Below are positions 1-12,950 of a DNA stretch of 64,000 bases, piece by piece. Position 1 is the stretch's first letter; each line of letters starts with the position of its first letter. The notes beneath the pieces are model-generated. The model saw only the letters and a list, made by a program, of their open reading frames with translations, was not told where the DNA came from and searched no databases. The position numbers and the translations under genes were made by a program. The stretch is from Camelus ferus (lineage: Eukaryota), in assembly GCF_009834535.1 (NCBI RefSeq), contig NC_045696.1:34784001-34848000 (forward strand), read 5' to 3'.

Positions 1-1696
1 GCAAATATTTATATAAATCTTACTGCCACCCAGTTCCCTCCAAGTTCTCACTGCTTAGCTAATCCTGATTGCATCTCCTCATTAAGCCATCCTCAGGATA
101 TGGAAACATAAATAAAACAGACTAACAGCCCACATTTCAGGGATATTTGTGTGCATGGCTTGCCGTTTAACTTACGTTATGAAATTCTCAGGATTCATTC
201 TGGGATCATAGGTTTCCTTTATCTCTGCTTTTTTTTTGCATATACATCTGAATACTGTTAACCTAAAAATGATTTTGGATATGGTATCTTGGCCTTTATC
301 AAAGGATATGCTATTTTTAAGTAAGGTCTATGAAATTATTATGACTGCAAACTTAGAATTTCGCAGGAAGTTTAAAGTTTAACACACAAATGTTGACTAT
401 CTTCTATATTTGTTTTTCTTCCAACTATCCTTAGTATTTGTTCCCTCCGTTTTTATGTGTCTATGGGCTAAGGGAATATATAAAGATAGTACCTCTCCAC
501 AGGGATGGAATGCTAGTACTTTCTATAAAAATTGTCCTTCACCTGGGTTTCCTTAACTAATTGTGGCTTTCAAATGGAGACAGTACTTTAATCTGCGATC
601 TTAGCTTTATTTCATGCTTTGATATAGAGTGAGAGACATCTATTTGACTTCATTTTACAAATTGTCCTTTGACCATGTAGTTTCTGTAGACAGAATGATT
701 TTTTTTGATAGTAAATTTCTAAGACTGAGAATTTCTGTTCTTGCAGCTTTATGCGATTATGTTCAAAGGGATTTGAATTAAAATGGAACAGATGTGTCCA
801 TCTTTAATTATGGTGTAACAAATTGTGTTACTCTAAGTTTTTATTAAGTGAAACGCTCATCTTTATGTAATAATGGGTCAGACAGTTTCAAAATGATATC
901 GGTGAACACAGTGTATTGCCTACTCCAATTAGACTTCAAAAGAATTGTTAAAACTCAGAGGTTATGCACATAGAGCCAGAAGAAACTATAGAAAATACAT
1001 ATACATATTTGGTTTTTTATTCCAAATTAAGTGAAAACAATCCTCAGTAATGTATGATGAACCTTAATGTCATCTAAATAAGACAAAGAAAGTAATATTT
1101 GACTTGACAGATCTACCTAACAGGGAGTAGGAATATATAACTGTGTTGGAAAATACCATTTTAGGGTTTCCTGAAAACCATTTTGTATTCCTTTGTGTAA
1201 ACACTCTCTTATAAATCTTAAAAAGACCACTCATTTTTTTTCACGACTTCTAAGTCAGTACAAAAAAATCCTTTCTAGGAGTAGCTAGTAGCTACTTAGA
1301 GAACCAAAAATTGTCAAGAATATGAACTGGCACAAATTCTGTGATGTGAGTCCCATCCCACTGCTTACTTTCTGTCATTCGTACAAAAATTCCTTTATGC
1401 TTTCAAGCATCTTCAACTCCACGTGTTTTTTCCCTTCCCATAAACTGATCTGTTACCCACTATTATTTTCATTCCTAAGATTTTTTTTTTTCTTGACACA
1501 CTCTCTGCTTCATTATCACTCCCACCCTAATCCAGGCTCCATTACCCTATACCCAGGTTAGTGCAACAGTTTTCTAATGAGTTTTCTCCACCCTTGTCTC
1601 CTCTTTCTATTCTGTTCTTCAATTCATTACCAACCCAATGTAAAAATAATACTTTTACTATGGCACATTGTTTTTTAAAAATACTGTAAATAGATT

Positions 1697-2180
1697 CAGT
1701 CAAACCTCGAAGACATTGTGGATTCAGTTTCAGAAGACCACAATAAAGTGAATGTCATAATAATGAGAGTCACACAAACGTATTGGTTTCTCGGTGCATG
1801 TAAAAGTTATGTTTACACTGTACCATAGACTACTAAGTGTGCAATAGCAGTGTATGTTAAAAAAACAACATACATACCTTAATTAAAAACACTTTATTGC
1901 TAAAAACTGCTAACCATCATGTGAGCCTTCAGCGACTCATAATCTTCTTGCAGTAGTAACATCAAAGATCACTGATCACCATCACAGATATAATAATAAT
2001 GAAAAAGTTTGAAATATTGTGAGAATTAATATGACATAGAGACATTAGGTGAGCAAAGGCTGTTGGAAAAACGACACCAATAGACTGGCTTGACACAGGG
2101 TTGCCACAAACCTTCAGTTTGTAAAAAATTCAGTATCTGCAAAGCACAATCAGACAAAGTATACTGATACAAGTTGTCTG
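1697..2180 (+). mobile_element. Internally deleted Tigger1 DNA transposon (Tigger1a-type MITE, TcMar-Tigger)
   Basis: Both ends match the recalled Tigger1 termini (cagtcaaacctc...caataaagtgaat...catgtaaaagttatgtttacactg; ...gggttgccacaaaccttcagtttgtaaaaaa...gtctg). They are joined at ~1950 with the transposase region missing. Confidence 0.85.
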
Positions 2181-4076
2181 TTATATGAAGCCTTATTTTT
2201 CAGTCTGATCTTCAGGATCATCTATAATCTGTAAGCACCTTCTTCTCTATTCCTCAATAAAGCTAGTGAGATGTTCTTCATTTCAAAAAGTGCCTTTGTT
2301 TTCAGTAATAAAAACAGCTTCCTCCGGGGAGGTTTGTTCATTGCATCTCAACATCCATGCCTTTCTCCTCACTTCCGTGCACTTCCATGCTCTTTCTCCA
2401 ACCTAGGACATCCTGATAGCTTTCTCAATAAACATAGCTCCTGTCTTAGAAGACCCGATTCTCCTTGATGCTTTTTCTCTTTTTTCACTTTTCCCTGACT
2501 CTGAGATATCAATTCAGTTTTGATTCATTCAATAATTGTTTTCTGAACTGGTTTTGAGTTCTCATAAAGATTGTCATCTCCTTGTGAATTCAGAGTATCT
2601 TAACCAGAAGTATAAACTGGTTGATTGATTGACATGCCTTCTTTAAGGGATTGATTGCTGAGACTGTCTTTGTGTTTACTGGGATGGACAGGGGGCAGAA
2701 ACATGAGATGGGTAAAAGAGAAAATTTGGGAAATAAATATTTTATTTTATTGCAGTGTCCATAAAATTGTTGGTCTTAAGGGAACAAATACGCTAAATTC
2801 AAAGATGAGAAAAAAAAGAGTAAACTTCACAGAGCTCTAGTAAACATCAGATGTTGAAGAGAATCTACCAACTAGCCTTCCTCAGCTTTCATCTCTGGGA
2901 GACCAGTTACAACAATGAACCAAAATAAACATTGAGAAACCACAGAGGACATTAAGTGACAATGTGGAGCTATAAATTTCAAAACAGAAGACAAACCCAT
3001 GGGTCTATTATCAGTGTGCCCCTTCACTGTCCAGGGCTGCTGCTCCAGGTCCTGCTTTTACAAGGATCTGCTAGCCTCTGTCTTTTGCTTTCTTCTCTCT
3101 TCCCCCAAGAGACTAGAACACTCACATCTTCAGGATCCATGGAACAGAACAAAGCTTGATTTTCTGATTCCTTCAGGGTAGCAGGATAGCTGATCTATAG
3201 TTTGATACTTTCTCCTGCTAATCCTCAACACAGAACTCTACATTCTTATCTAGGGATTAAGAACAGTTTTAACTCTAAGGAATTAGAGCTAAGACAAGAG
3301 CTATGATTGAGTTATTTATCTAACATTAAAAAATGAAGAAATGTTGATCATTTGGATTCACTTGATTCATAAGTATATTATTATGACTTGAACATATACA
3401 GCAGTATAGGATTTGTCTTATTCTTTAATAATAAATTTAAAGTAACATAAATCTCATTTACATTAAAAAGTATAGAGATAGGAATTAAAATTAATATACC
3501 AGATTGGGATGCTACAAATGGTTGACATCTTATTAGATAAATAGATTTGTTATTGTAGATCACATAATGAGGGGCATAGTGGATGTGGCTTCAAAGAAGA
3601 TGTTGATTTCTTGTCTTTATTTTTCGAATGTCAAAATTATTATGTTTATTGTAGAAAACTTGGATAGAAAGAAATATTTGAAACAAAAAAGTTACCTTTA
3701 ATCTCATTCTACCATCTAGTTATAAGCATAGTCAATATGTTGTCAACATCTTATCAGAGGTAGATAGACGTTTTCCTATTACAAAAATGATATCACATTA
3801 TACTCTGTTTAATAAAATCTTTTTCAGTTAATAGTATATAGTCATTTCCCACATCAAATAATATAATATGCTAAACATTTTTATGCCTTCTCTGAAGCTC
3901 CACTAAATGTAAGATAGCTCCCATTTGCCTTATTAGTAGGCCAGTTTATTTAGTTACAAAAACTTATTTAAAATCACATATGTTAGCAAATCTTAAATTT
4001 ATTTTAAAATGCTAATTTAAAAAATCTCACATTTCATGAGGCATCATTAATTTTTCATCATTGGAGACATTCTTTT

Positions 4077-4296
4077 TTGTTGTTTGTTTAAATTGAAGTG
4101 TAGTTAGTTTACAGTGTGTCAATTTCTGGTGTATAACGTAATGTGTCAGTCACACATATACACACGTATATTTGTTTTCATATTCTTTTCATCATAGGTT
4201 ACTACAAGATATTGAATTCAGTTCCTTGTGCTTGTTGTTTATCTATACATAGTAGTATCTACAAATCTCAAACTCCCAATTTATCCCTTCCCACCC
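4077..4296 (-). mobile_element. 5'-truncated L1 3' UTR fragment (artiodactyl/camelid type)
   Basis: T-rich tail followed by aattgaagtgtagttagtttacagtgtg...caagatattgaat. Exact 15-bp TSD tggagacattctttt at 4062-4076 and 4297-4311. Confidence 0.85.
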
Positions 4297-4322
4297 TGGA
4301 GACATTCTTTTCTGTCGCTACC

Positions 4323-4460
4323 TTTTTTTTAAGCTTTTTTTTTTTTGGTGGGGGGAGTAATTAAGTTTGTTTATTTGTCTATTTAATGGAGGTACTGGGG
4401 ATTGAATCCCAGACCTTGTGCATGTTAAGCATGCGCTCTATCACTGAGCTATAGCCTCCT
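4323..4460 (-). mobile_element. tRNA-derived SINE, camelid Vic-1 type
   Basis: Reverse complement reads ggaggctatagctcagtgatagagcgcatgcttaacatgcacaaggtctgggattcaatccccagtacctcc (A and B boxes), then an AT-rich segment and poly(A). Confidence 0.85.
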
Positions 4461-5356
4461 GCAACTGTCACGACTTTTTTAGAGTCCATGATCTGTGTAT
4501 CTGTTTGTGATAGATACTATTACTGGAAATCCTATCCCAAGATGAGTATTCATTTACATAACATTAAGACTTTTAGTATTTCTGTTAATCTCCACTATAT
4601 AACCATTTATCTTATTGCTTTTAAAAGTGATCTTGTTTACCACAATACTTGGAATTGTGTGCTCAGACTCCAGGAATAACTATTAAATATGTGTTAAATT
4701 TCTCTAATTCCATTTTTAAACTGTTCTAGCCACATTATCTATCTATATATCATCTATCTTTCTTCTATCTAAATATACCCATACATAAGACTAACATTGA
4801 TAAAGGCAATTTTAGGCTATGACTTCTTCCAGTCCTTGTAATGTCATTCAAGACAAAGGAATTGAAAAAACACCCTTTGAATGGATTGATTTCAAGTTAA
4901 CTCATTCTTTTTTGAGGGATCACTTTGTGAAAAAGAAATTTATCTTATATTTGAGCATGTAGGTTATAGGAAAAGGGATGGTAGGGGTCTTGTGAAATAT
5001 GTATTTGAGTTTTCTTGTATAACACTTAATATAATCTTTTTATACTCCACAATTAGACAATCAGAACTTTTTCAGAAAACATTGACTCTGAAAGTGATTT
5101 TGTAGATTATCTGACCTAATCCTTCCTTTTTATAAAGAAGAAATAGTGGGGCTAAGAAAGTAAATGACCCTTTCAAGTTCCATGGACATTTATAGGGAGA
5201 CTTCAAACTAGGCGGGTCTCCTGCCAGATAGGTTATTGCTCTTTACTCAACACCGTGTTGAGATGTGAGGTTTTGAATAAAACAAATTCATCCTAAACTT
5301 GTTCCAGCATTTATGGACAAATGCAAAGAACCAATTCCAATCAATTCTACCAGCTT

Positions 5357-7107
5357 GGTAAACTCTTTGTCTCTGGTTCTTTATATTTTCTAACTGTTTG
5401 TTAAAAACTAACTCCTCGCTGTGTTCATCCACTCTTCTCCTGAGTACTTTGATCATCTTTACAATCACTACCCTGAACTCTTTCTTGGGTAAATTGTCTG
5501 ACTCCACTTTTATCTTGTTCCTCTGTTTGGAACATGTTCCTCTGTCCCCCCATTTTGCTGTTTTTATTTCCATGTATCAGGTAGTTTGGTTACATTTCCT
5601 GACCTTGGAGGAGTGGCCTTCTGTAGGAGATGTCCTGTGCACCCCAGCAGCACATTCCCCTCTGGTCAGTAGAGCTACATGCTCTAGGGGTGCCCCCTAT
5701 GTGGGCTGCTTGGGTCCTCCTATTGTGGTGGGCTGACTGCTGTGAGTGGTCTGGTAGGCTTGGCTGGGCCCTGGTCCAGTTGGTTGCCAGGCTCTGCCTT
5801 GTGCAGAGGCTACTGGCAGCTGCTGCAAGGTGGGTCTGGATTACAGGGTGGCTCGTTGCAGAACCCTGGGTTTTGGGACGGGTCCCAGGGCTGATGCCTT
5901 CCCACAGATGGGTGAAGACTGTTCCTGGGGCTAGTACTTACCTGCTGGCAGGCAGAGCTCAGTTCTGGGGTCTGGCTGCAAGGCCCAGGGTTCCCAGAGT
6001 TGGTGTAGGACTGCAGGTGGGTGAGGCTGGTTCCTGACAGAACACCTGGGCTGTGGAGTCCAGGGTGTCTCCAAGCTTGCAGTGGCCTGCTGGTGGGCAG
6101 GGCTGGGGCCCAACAGGTCCCAGGGCTATCCTGCTGGTGGATGGGCTGGGCCTCCAGGCTGCACTCTGGTTGTTCTGGGACTGGTGTCTGTCCACTGGTG
6201 TGTGAGGCTGGTCCCAAGGTTGGAGTAAGCTCGCTGATGGATGGAGCTGGGGATCCTAAGGCTGGTGTTTGCCTGCTATTGGAGTCTCGGAGTCTCTGGC
6301 TGCAGGGCCCTGGGGGTCCCGGGTCTAGTGCCTGTGCACTGGTGTATGTGGCCTCGTCCTGGGCTCTGTAGTGGGAAGGGCCATGTCCAGGGGTGGTTGT
6401 GGATTCGGGGGGTCTTAAGGTCTGTCTGTTAGCTGGTGGGTAGGGCTATGTCCACACCCAGTTAGCTGCTTGTCCTGAGGGGTCCTTGTGGCTGGTGGGC
6501 ATGGTCAGGGCTGGGTCCTGAGGCAAATAAGCTAGAGGCAGAACAAGCACCCCAAAAGGCTGCTGCCAGTGTCTGTGCCCTCAAGAATGAGCTCCAGTTG
6601 CTTCCTGCCTCTTTGGGAGACTCTCCGAGATCAGCAGGTAGGTCTGACCCAGGCTCCTTTCAGATGACTGCTTCTGCCCCAGGTCCTGGAGATGTGAGAT
6701 TTTGTGTGTTCCCTTTAAGAGTGGAGTCTCTGTTTCCCACAGCCCTCTGGCTCTCCCAAAAGTAAGCCCCACTGACCTTTAAAGCTAAATATTTTAGGGG
6801 ACTCATCTTCCTAGGCTGGGGAGCCCAATGTGGGGCTCAGACCCCCCATTCCTTGGGGAGAATATCTGCAGTTGTAATTATTCTCCTGTTTGTGGGTCAC
6901 CCACCTAGGGGTGTGGGTCTTCACTATATAGCATCTCCATCCCTCCTACCCATCTCACTGTGGTTCTTTCTTTATATCTTTAGTTTTAGAAGATCTATCC
7001 TGGTAGGTTTGGTCTTTTTTCATCAATAGGTGTTCTAGAAATAGTCATAATTTTGGTGTACTTGTGAGAGGAGGTGAGTTCAGGGTCTTTCTACACTATC
7101 ATCTTGA
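5357..7107 (-). mobile_element. L1 GC-rich 5' UTR plus start of ORF1, lacking ORF2 and 3' end
   Basis: Minus strand starts caagatgatagtgtagaaagaccctgaactcacctcc, a typical L1 5' end. ORF 5247-5573 has the L1 ORF1p-like stretch SDNLPKKEFRVVIVKMIKVLRRRVDEHSEE. Flanking direct repeat tctaccagctt at 5346-5356 and 7112-7122. Confidence 0.8.
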
Positions 7108-7336
7108 TCAATCTACCAGCTTCAAGATAATTTCCCCTCAATTGTGTCTTAAGAAATTCTGCATTACTTGTTTCTAAGACAATGAAGATACACTTCTCTT
7201 TTTTCTTGAGAAACTCTGCCCTTTGTTATCTGCATGGACACTTCTTCCTTTCTTGTATTTCCTTATTTAGGAAAAATTACTTAGATGAACTGAGCTTAAA
7301 CTTTTTTCATAGTCTTCAGCCCCACATTATCTCTGG

Positions 7337-8625
7337 CATTCATTTATTTATTTGTTCAACAAACCTAGACCTGTTGAGTGATCTGTAATTTTGCACTGAA
7401 ACAAATGTAAAAAGATAAAATTTGTGATAGTCACTAGGGCTATTCTCAGTATTCCAATATTTCTCTTTCTAGATGTATGGTATGATGAAATTGCATTTCT
7501 TCACCTCCTTGCTGTTAGATATGACTTTATTACTTGCTTGTCACAATTATCTATGCTTGATTATGCTAATTGTGTTTTTCTGCCATGGATGCACTGTCAA
7601 GAGGGAACCTCTGTCGACCTGGGTCCCTGAGTGACTACCACAAACAGAACTGTTCTCCTAGACAATGTTGGACAAGGGAGTGAGGCTATTTAACTGCTGA
7701 GAACTTAGGGCTTGTTTCCACAGCTTAATTTAGCCTATTCTGATGGATAGAAGCCCTTGCTTTCAAAATCCTCTTAATTTAGTGGAGGAGAGACAATAAA
7801 ATATTTCAACTACACTCTAATTAGATTTATTATTAAAACATGCTTCTATATGATAGAAGGACTAAGGAAAGAATTTTGTGAGACGTGAAGCTGGAAAAGC
7901 AGGCAAGAACAAAAGGAAGAAAGACTTACCTACCATGTCTAGAAGGAAGTGATTACCCTGACGGAAGTGAAAAGCATTAAATGTTTTAAGATCAACTCAA
8001 CATTTTAGAAAGACCATTAAAGTAGTAGAATGAAAGAGGGATTAGAAGAAAACATGAGATTGGAAACAGAAAGGTATGTAAAGATATGACTGAAGACTTC
8101 CAGGAAGAAATGTGAGGGTAGAGTATACTAACCATATTTGCAACCATGGATGCATATGACTTCATAAAGAGGAATCTCTTCATGTCAGGGCTCAGAATAG
8201 AAGCCCAGATATTTCTAACATTCCAAGGGCTACATGAAACAAAGTGTTCTTGGGGAGAATAAGAAGGACAGGGAGGAAAAGACAGATAGGAAGCAGGAAT
8301 CTTGGATACCATGGATGCCAAAGTAGGGGACACTGTGAGCAGGGGATGATCAACACTATGAAACATGACAGAAATGCAAAGTAAGACACTGTCTTAAGAC
8401 TGTAGTGTGTGAGAATTAGGAAGTCATGATTGATTTGTGTGGAAGAATTTTGGTAGATTGCTAGAAGTCAAAGCTGGATTGCAAGAAATGAATGAGGGAG
8501 GGTGGTGGTAGTGTGGAAGTAGAGTGACAGAGTAATTTCAAAAAATTTGGCTGTAAATAGTGGAAAAGTTGTGGGGGTGTAAACAAATTTTTTTTTCTTT
8601 TGGAATGGGAGAGACTTTAACATAT
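7337..8625 (-). mobile_element. Degraded L2 LINE, interrupted by an MLT1 LTR
   Basis: cattcatttatttatttgttcaacaa is the L2 3' end in reverse, followed by purine-rich L2-like body. Boundaries approximate. Confidence 0.55.
7423..7749 (+). mobile_element. MaLR solo LTR (MLT1I/J-like)
   Basis: Starts tgtgatagtc; contains cctgggtccctgagtgactac and ctgctgagaacttagggcttgtttccacagc...tagcctattctga, typical of MLT1 3' ends. Confidence 0.65.
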
Positions 8626-9059
8626 GTATGCTCTGGAGTGTCCCTCTTAGACCCAAGCAAACGTTCCTTTTACCCTGGGTCTATACTTTAAAAGGATGTC
8701 TTTGTCCTGTTGGTCACATTTTTCTCTAAGGCAATGAAACTGCAGCCCAAAAGAACACATCCTACTGAAGAGAATGCTGGGCTCAAATGTGTCTGATCAC
8801 ACTTTCAAAATCTACATAGCCTTTTCTCCTGAGCCTGCCCTCCTGAGGTTATGGGCTGCTAGGATGTTCACCTCTGGGCTTAGGCAGGGGCCATGCAATA
8901 GCTGTTGTGAAGGTGGAGAGGTGGGTGGGTGGGTGTGAAATCCAAGGAATCTAGGAATTCTAAATTCAAACCTGGCCTTCCAGGTCATCATAGGGCAGTA
9001 GTTGTCAAGGTAAGATAATAAAATATATTCTAGTGATTTGTTAGGTGGGTTGATTTATC

Positions 9060-12000
9060 TTCTAAAAGCTTTGAGGTATAGTTGACATACAATAATCTGC
9101 ACATATTCAAATTGTACAGTTTGGTGTTTTGACATATGTATAGAACCCATGACACATTACCAAAATCCAGATAGTGAACACATCTATCCATCCTCTGCAA
9201 AAGTTTCTCTGTGCCCCTTGTAATGCTTTCCTGCTTGCCATGCTCCCAGCTAACCACTTACCTGCTTCCCAGTCACTCTGGATTAGTTCTCATTTTCTAG
9301 AGTTTTGTATAAGTGGAATCATATACCATGTATTCTTTTGTTGTTGTTGTTGTTATTGTTGTTTGCTTTTGGTCTGGCTACTTTCATTAAGCATAGTTAT
9401 TTTAAAATTCATTCATGTTGTTGCATTTTCAATAGTTCATTCCTTTTGATTTCTGATTATTCCATTATATGGGTGTACTACAATTCGGTTAACCATTAAC
9501 CTATAGGTGGATACTTATTTCCAGTTTTTGCCTGTGAAAGAGAAAGCTTCTATGAACTTTCTTGAACAAGTTTTTATATGGATATATGTTTTCTTTTCTC
9601 TTAGGTAAATACTGACAAGGGCTGGATTATATGGTAGATGCGTGTTTAACTTTTGAAGAAACTGCCAAACTGTTTTCCAAAGTGGTTGTATCATTTGACT
9701 TCCTGACCAGTAGTGTGTGAGAATTCCAGTTTATCCACATGCTCAACAACATTCGGCATGATCAGTCATTAATTTTAGGCATAATAGGTATGTAGCAATA
9801 TCTCACTATAGTTTTAATTTGCATTTTCCTAATGACTATTGATATAGGCATTTTTAATGCACTTATTTTTCATACATATATCATCTTTGGTAAATTATCT
9901 ATTCAGATCTTTTGTCCATATTTTAATTGGGTTGCATTTTTTTTTTTTTTTTACTGAGTTTTGCGAGTTCTTTATATATATTGTAGATAGAAGTCTTTTA
10001 TTAGGTATATGCTATACAAGTATCTTCTCCCAGTCTGTGACTTGTCTTCCCATTTTCTTGGTAGTGTCATTTGGAGAGAAGAAGGTTTTTGTTTTGATGA
10101 AGTCTAAATTTTTTTTTATAAATTATTATTTTTATGTCATATCTAAGAAGTGTTGGCCTAACCTAAGGTCACAGGTAGGTTTTCTCATAAATTTTCTTCT
10201 AAAACTTTTATAGTTTTAGGCATAACATTTTGGCTTATAATCCACTGTAAGAAATAGATCAAATTTTTGTTACTATTTGTTGAAGAGACAATCCTTTTCC
10301 ATTGAATTGCTGTTGCACCTTTCTCAAAAAACTAATTTTCTATGTTTGTAGGAATCTATTCTGTTTCATTGATCTGTGTGGCTATCTTGAGGCCAGTACC
10401 ACACTATCTTGACTACCAGAGCTTTATACATCTTGAAATCAGAAAGTGTTAGCTCTCCAAATTCATTTTTCTTTTTCAAAGTTGTTTTGGCTGTTCTAGG
10501 TCAGTTGTATTTCCATGTAAATTTTAGGATTGACTTGTCAATTTCTCCTAAAATGCTTGCTGAAATTTTGGTTGTGATTACATTGAATCTGTAGATCAAC
10601 TTGGGAAGAATTGACATCTCAACAATATTGAATCTTTTGACACATGAATAAATTATATTTCTCCATTTCTTCAGATATTTTAATAATTTGCTCAGCATCA
10701 TGTTTCTGTTTCATTGTACATTTCACATCATTCATCAGATTTATCCTTAAGAATTTTATCTGATGCTGTTGAAGATGGTTTACATTTTTTTGTTTTGTTT
10801 TCTGTCTTTCATTGCTAGTATTTAGAAATACAATTAATTTTTATATATTGATCTTGTTTCTGGCGATTTTTATAAATAAATTAATTTATTATGCTTAGCA
10901 ACTTTTTGGTAAATTTCATCAGACTATAGACAATAACATTTACTGCAAATAGACAGATTTTTTCTTTATTATATGAATGCCTTTTTCATATGTATGATTA
11001 CAGTAGCTTGAACCCTCAATACAATGTTGAATAGACATGGTAAGAATGGACATGGTTTTTTTTTTTTTTAAGGAATGACATGAATATTAGATTTTGTCAA
11101 AAGTTTTTTTTTTTTACCACCATTGAGATTATTCATTTTTCCCTTTTACTTTGCTAATATGTTGAATTACATTGATTTTCAAACATTAAACCAACCCTTC
11201 TTTTTTAGTTTTTTAGGATTAATTCCTATTTTTTCATTTTATATATGGAGAGAGAGAAAGAGAGAGAGGAGGGAGAGAGGGAGAGGTTGAGGGAGAGAGA
11301 CTGAGAGAGAGCTGAATTCTATTTACTAAAAATTTATTTATAATTTTTTCATCTATGTTCATGTTTTGATTTTGGGGGGTTTTATTTATTTTTCTTTTTC
11401 TAGTTTCTTGAGGTAGAACCTGAGAACATTGATTTAACCTCTTCCGATATAGGCATTTAGTACTATAATTTCTCCATTAATACTGGTTTTTGATATTTAA
11501 TTTTTGTTCAGCTTAAAATATTTTCTAATTTCCTTTATTTTTTCTTTGATCCATTGATTATTTAGAAGTGTGTTATTATTTTTTAAATATAGGATGATTT
11601 CCAGAGACTGTTACTGATTTCTAATTTAATTCCATTGTGGTCAGAGAACATTTTTATGACTCAAATGCTTTTGAATTTATTGAGACTTGTTTTATGGCCT
11701 AAATTGTGGTCTCTTTTGGCAAATCGGCTGTTTGCTCTTGAAAAGAATGTGTATTATGATGTTGGGTGGAGTGTTTTATAAATATTCTTTAAGTCTGATA
11801 TTAAGTTGCTTGAAGTTGTCCCGCAGCTAACTGATGCTCCTTAATTTTTAAAATATTATTTCTTTCTCTCTGTGTTTCATTTTTAATAGTTTCTGTTACA
11901 TTCTCAAGTTTACCAATCTTTTGCAATGCCTAATCTACCTTTAATCCTATTCAATTTATTTTTATCTCAGTCGCTGTAGTTTTTATCTATAGAAGTTAGA

Positions 12001-12950
12001 TACAGTTCTGTTTTATCTTTTATGTATCAACATTACAACATATTGAAGACTGTTATCATAAACATTTTGTTGTCTTTCTTTACTAATTATAACACCTGTG
12101 TTAGTTCTGGGTCAATTTCATTTTACTGATTATTCTCATTATGGGTGATGTTTTTTGGCATATTTTACAAGTTTGGTTATCTGTGACTGGATATTGTACA
12201 CTGTGATTTACCTTTTTGAGTACTAGATCTTTTGTATTCCTACAATTATTCTTGAACTTCATTCCAGGATACAGTTATTTGGAAAAAGTTTGATCCTTTC
12301 TGGTTTTTCCACTGTGACTTGCTTCCTGGGCCTAGTTTTGTGATCAGCCTGGGGTTAATTTTTCCTTACCCTGAGACAAGATCTCTGTGAGTAGCTCAAC
12401 TAATTACCTGTGAATGATGAATTTTCTTAGTCTGGTTGATGGGAAAGGCACTCTTCCTAACCTTCTGTTAGTACCAAGCATTGTTTCTGTTCCTATTGAT
12501 TTTCCTCTGCTTTGGGTAGTTTCTTCACATGCACGCACTATAATTTCTGTGCTGAATACTTGAGGTAATCCTCTGCAGACATTCAGCATTAAGTTTCTGC
12601 ACAATTCTCTCCTCTCTTGTCCTCAGTCCAGTAACCTCCAGCAGCCATATTCTCCCTGTACTCTCAACTTTGTCTCCTCAATTCTGGGAGTCCATTGAGG
12701 TCCTCCCACATTCTTCCTCCCCTGTTGGGGCCTAAGAACTCTCTCAAGACAGTAAATTAAAGAAATCGTAGGGCTCACTTCATTTCTTCTCCATTTCTCA
12801 GAAATCACTGTCATTTGTTGACTATTGACCAAACTCTCAAAAAACATTGTTCTGTATGGCTGGTCTGTGTTTTTGAAGGGATGGATTTGTTTCAGGTGGG
12901 ATCATAAATCTGACTGCTATTACTCCATCTTGGGTAGACTCAGAAGGTTC
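9060..12950 (-). mobile_element. Ancient L1 (L1MC/MD-like): 3' UTR, fragmented ORF2 and 5' region
   Basis: Begins agctttgaggtatagttgacatacaataa. ORF 10501-10701 (KWRNIIYSCVKRFNIVEMSILPKLIYRFNVI...ILKFTWK) is an ORF2 remnant. 5'-like end tactccatcttgg..cagaag lies near 12930. Confidence 0.85.
11247..11311. repeat. (GA)n-rich imperfect microsatellite
   Basis: Directly visible gagagagagaaagagagagagggagggagagagg... Confidence 0.85.

Noticed and set aside
3110..3177. Exon-like segment RLEHSHLQDPWNRTKLDFLIPS
   Set aside because: Uses a rare AAG acceptor and a weak donor (gtagca), and its end phase does not fit the exon at 15471.
4400..4460. tRNA-like sequence (also 47212-47285)
   Set aside because: A and B boxes belong to SINE heads with A-rich tails and TSD-like flanks, not functional tRNA genes.
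5398..6772. Cluster of long overlapping ORFs in GC-rich sequence
   Set aside because: They lie in an L1 5' UTR; high GC lowers stop frequency and CpG is depleted, so this is neither a host gene nor a CpG island.
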